Below are positions 60,565 to 64,000 of a stretch of 64,000 nucleotides of DNA, in pieces (the first letter of the stretch is position 1; each line of letters opens with the position of its first letter). The notes under the pieces were generated by a model. It saw only the letters and a list, made by a program, of their open reading frames with translations, searched no databases and was not told the DNA's origin. This stretch comes from an uncultured Pseudomonadota bacterium (GTDB taxonomy: Bacteria > Pseudomonadota > Alphaproteobacteria > Rs-D84). The translations under genes were made by a program, and so were the position numbers. The DNA lies in NCBI GenBank assembly GCA_902801125.1, contig CADCGT010000001.1, forward strand, positions 16,637 through 80,636, in the 5' to 3' direction.

Positions 60565-63038
60565 AATTTATCATGTGTTTTTATAAATTCGCGCATAAAT
60601 GCCGGGTCAAAATATCGAAGCAATTCCGATAATGAATATTTCCGTTGGCCATTTGGCAATACGTGCAATGATACCGTCACCGGGTCAGGCGAAACCGCAC
60701 GCATGGTTATGTCAAATTTTGCATTCATCATATTGTTTGTAATATCCATAGTGCCAGTTGCGTTTGTGTGATGCATGCTAATTTCAATCGGTGATGTTGT
60801 CGTAAAATTGTTGTTTTCATATTTTCCGATAACACGCATATTCTTTAATCGGGTTGTGCCGGATTCAAGTGCGGTTATAATATTGTCTTCTAGATTGGCG
60901 CGCGTTAAATCTTGGACATTTGCGTAAAATCTATCTAGGCCAAGGCCGGTGATATACCCGCCATCAAATGTGAAATCAAGTTCGCCAATCATATTATATC
61001 GTATGTCGTGTGCGATATGACCGTGGGTCTTTAATTTTATTTCCGCCGTCATTGTTGTGTCGGATACATTTAGTGGCCAATCGCCAGATAACAATTTGCC
61101 ATTTATAACAAATTTATTTAATTGGACAAATATTTCGTATTTGGATTGTTCTTTGATAATTGTTGCCAATAAATTTCCGCGGTCATTGTCCGCAATTGAA
61201 AATGTCTGGGTACCGGATTTAAGTGAATATACAAAATTCCGGTATGCGTTTTCACCATATATCAATGTGCCCGCCGTAAGATAAATGCTGCGTGAAAAAT
61301 CAAATGGTATAAATATTGGCGAATTTGCCAAAAATTCCATTTCTTCGTATCGTTCAAAAAATTCGGGGGTGATAAATTCATCAAGGTAAAATACATCTGT
61401 CTTTAATGTGATGGAATGTGTATTCGCGGTGCCGGTAAAGGTTTGACCCGCAATTTTTATTGTTAAATCGGATATATCGCCACGGTCGTTGTAAAAACCG
61501 GTTATTATATATTCCATTTCGTTTATTGCGCGCAGGTCAATGTTCGGAAACCATTTCTTGATGTTTTTGCCGGTTATGTAAAAGAAATTATCCCGCAATG
61601 TCAAAGACCAATCGTTTGAATTTGGAATAAATGAAAATGTTTCCCCAGACCATATCATGTTCCCAACAGAATCAAGCATAAATTTGGGTAATAGTTTGCT
61701 GTGCGGTTTTATCCAAGACAATTTTTCACCGTATACATAATCGTATGTAATAGATGAATCGTTTGCGGTCTTTTTAAATACACCGCCCATGTTCGCAAAT
61801 TTAAATCTGATGGTCGCGCGCCGCGCCCCAAGGCGGGAAATGTATGATTCAAGTTCAGCCAGGTCCAAATTGCGATTCGATGAAATTGTTGCATCAAGTG
61901 TTTTTTTGTGCATTTTCAAATTTCCGGATATATCGCCGTATGTAAATTCTTGACATTCCCAATTTGAACCGCTCATGCTAAACAAACATTCGGCATTTTT
62001 ATTGTCAATTGTCGTTTTGAACATGACTTCGTGTATGCCGTCGTGGTCAATTGTGCCACCGGTGAATATCATGTTATCAGCGATGGCCTTGGTAATTTGG
62101 ATATAGTCTTTTGTTGATACCGCGTCTATCATTACATGTTCAAATCTGTGATTATTGAATGTTAAATCGCCATAGAAATCAATTTTTAATGTTGTGTCTT
62201 GCATAATTTGGTTTGGATGCGATAAAAACGAAAAATCAAACGATATATTGTCCGAAGAAAGGTTTATTGTGTGCCAACCGTTTGATTCAAGTGTAACAAA
62301 TCCCCGGACACTGTTTGCGACAATGTTTGTAAATTTGAATCCGTATCCACCATCCCAATAAAAATCTGTGGTTAGATTTACATTGTGCGTTATGCGTGGT
62401 TCAGAAAACCCAAACCAATCGTTTATTTTGTTTGTGTTTATTTCTAAAACACCCGCCGCACCGCCGGATGGAAAATATTCGCCGGTAATGTTTAATTTAA
62501 GGTTTTTGTTTTTGACGGTAAAATCGTTACCCTGGAACGCGATATCGTATTTATGTTCACTGGTTCGAACCTGGCCATCAAATGTGCCATGACTAAACAG
62601 ACCACGAATTATTCTATAATCTTTACCCATAAAGGTCATGATTGCATTTTTTACATATAATTGATATTTCACATGCAACAAGGATAGAGAATCCACATTT
62701 ATGTGTGGTTCGTATGCGGTTATAATATCGGTTATTTCGGTGTTTTCCAAATCAAACAGACCCGAAAAAGGCACTTTTATGGCCAACATTTTTGTAAATC
62801 CGTGTTCGGTTTCTACACCGTGGGCGATTAAATGTGGCGAACCCAAAATACCAAAATTTACATCGCCGTGAATCTTGGTAAGAACGCCGGTTTGGGTGAA
62901 CACCACGGATTCAAAGTGGGGACGCAATTTATTCAATGTTATAAAATTTGGCGCAAGCAACAGCCCGATGATAATAACACCCACGGTCATAATGATAATC
63001 CAAAGTGTCCGATGTGTGCGACGCGGTTTTATAATCAT
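60561..63038 (-). CDS. AsmA-like envelope protein
   Basis: N-terminal TM helix, long beta-rich body, DGGYITGLGLD near C terminus. Confidence 0.65.
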   Translation of the reverse strand: MIIKPRRTHRTLWIIIMTVGVIIIGLLLAPNFITLNKLRPHFESVVFTQTGVLTKIHGDVNFGILGSPHLIAHGVETEHGFTKMLAIKVPFSGLFDLENTEITDIITAYEPHINVDSLSLLHVKYQLYVKNAIMTFMGKDYRIIRGLFSHGTFDGQVRTSEHKYDIAFQGNDFTVKNKNLKLNITGEYFPSGGAAGVLEINTNKINDWFGFSEPRITHNVNLTTDFYWDGGYGFKFTNIVANSVRGFVTLESNGWHTINLSSDNISFDFSFLSHPNQIMQDTTLKIDFYGDLTFNNHRFEHVMIDAVSTKDYIQITKAIADNMIFTGGTIDHDGIHEVMFKTTIDNKNAECLFSMSGSNWECQEFTYGDISGNLKMHKKTLDATISSNRNLDLAELESYISRLGARRATIRFKFANMGGVFKKTANDSSITYDYVYGEKLSWIKPHSKLLPKFMLDSVGNMIWSGETFSFIPNSNDWSLTLRDNFFYITGKNIKKWFPNIDLRAINEMEYIITGFYNDRGDISDLTIKIAGQTFTGTANTHSITLKTDVFYLDEFITPEFFERYEEMEFLANSPIFIPFDFSRSIYLTAGTLIYGENAYRNFVYSLKSGTQTFSIADNDRGNLLATIIKEQSKYEIFVQLNKFVINGKLLSGDWPLNVSDTTMTAEIKLKTHGHIAHDIRYNMIGELDFTFDGGYITGLGLDRFYANVQDLTRANLEDNIITALESGTTRLKNMRVIGKYENNNFTTTSPIEISMHHTNATGTMDITNNMMNAKFDITMRAVSPDPVTVSLHVLPNGQRKYSLSELLRYFDPAFMREFIKTHDKF

Positions 63039-63090
63039 ATTATTTTGTTCCCCCCTTGTTTTTGTATTATAATAGATTATACTGGCAAAT

Positions 63091-64000
63091 GTGAATAAAA
63101 AAATTTTTAATCTTGAAAGTAATTACAAACCAATGGGCGATCAACCGACCGCCATTGCCGATTTAACCCGCGGAATTATAGATGGCCGCCGGTCCCAAGT
63201 GTTATTGGGGGTGACGGGGTCGGGGAAAACATTCACAATGGCGAATGTTATCGCGGAATTGGGGCGGCCGGCCTTGATTATGGCACCGAACAAGATTTTG
63301 GCGGCGCAACTGTATACGGAAATGAAGTCTTTTTTTCCACACAATCATGTGGAATATTTCGTTTCGTATTATGATTATTACCAACCCGAAGCATACGTTC
63401 CGACAACCGATACATATATTGATAAAGATGCGTCTATAAATGAACAATTGGACCGTATGCGGCACAGCGCAACGCGCGCAATGTTGGAAGAACGCGATGT
63501 TATTGTTGTGTCTTCGGTGTCGTCGATATATGGGCTTGGGACGCCGGAACAATATTCGGAAATGAAATTGGTGTTGCGCGTTGGTGATATGATTGGTGTC
63601 CAAGATATTATGCGCGAATTGGTAAATATTCAATATAAACGAAACGATGTCGCGCCAACCCGTGGTGATTTTCGTGTGCGTGGCGATACATTGGATATAT
63701 TCCCGTCGCACAGTCAGGACCGTGGTTGGAAGATTTCTTTCTGGGGGGACGAAATAGAAGAGATTTGGGAATTTGATACATTGACGGGTGCAAAACTTGC
63801 AAAATTGGACCGGGTGGCGGTGTATCCAAATACACACTATGCGACGCCGATGCCGTCGATTATGGGGGCAATTGGACAAATACGGCGCGATTTGAATGAA
63901 CGGTTGGCATACTTTCACGAAAATATGAAGTATGTCGAAGAACAGCGCCTTCGTGAACGCGTGAATATGGATATCGAAATGATGGAATCAACCGGGACAT
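63091..64000 (+). CDS. uvrB: Excinuclease ABC subunit B, 5' part
   Basis: Manual translation PMGDQPTAI...LLGVTGSGKTFT...APNKILAAQL...FVSYYDYYQPEAY; GTG start inferred. Confidence 0.97.
   Translation, partial: MNKKIFNLESNYKPMGDQPTAIADLTRGIIDGRRSQVLLGVTGSGKTFTMANVIAELGRPALIMAPNKILAAQLYTEMKSFFPHNHVEYFVSYYDYYQPEAYVPTTDTYIDKDASINEQLDRMRHSATRAMLEERDVIVVSSVSSIYGLGTPEQYSEMKLVLRVGDMIGVQDIMRELVNIQYKRNDVAPTRGDFRVRGDTLDIFPSHSQDRGWKISFWGDEIEEIWEFDTLTGAKLAKLDRVAVYPNTHYATPMPSIMGAIGQIRRDLNERLAYFHENMKYVEEQRLRERVNMDIEMMESTGT

Noticed and set aside
63141-63918. Minus-strand ORFs of 238, 75 and 67 aa
   Set aside because: Shadows of uvrB on the plus strand; most other short overlapping ORFs in the track were dismissed the same way.

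Overview
Core chromosomal region of a compact-genome Gram-negative bacterium. It is most likely an alphaproteobacterium, judged from the alpha-type tRNA-fMet/tRNA-Met, type B L36, LPS genes and virB3/virB4; a host- or gut-associated reduced-genome lineage is inference only. Housekeeping genes: mnmG (partial), fabG, fabD, queH, metG, nth, ileS, thyX, pheST, rplT, rpmI, mreCD-mrdA-rodA, topA, dnaG, rpmJ, ychF, lpxK, lpxC, gyrB, ung, dgkA, aspS, uvrB (partial). The window also holds five tRNAs, virB3/virB4, a type IVb pilus block, secreted repeat proteins and a flavodoxin/peroxidase cluster. The non-coding DNA is the most interesting part: (1) seven copies of a ~105-130 bp element, a fixed 36-bp palindromic core flanked by inverted telomere-like TAGTGGT/TAGTGT repeats, always fused to gene stop codons; (2) an ultrashort, apparently translational T-box riboswitch (AAC specifier) before a non-discriminating aspS; (3) leader-peptide attenuators before ileS and probably metG; (4) a probable oriC built from non-canonical TTTTCAACA boxes with no adjacent dnaA; (5) a duplicated metG 3' end bracketing orphan ORFs; (6) tRNA T-arm-derived structured elements downstream of tRNAs. 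All calls come from reading the sequence; no searches or folding programs were run.
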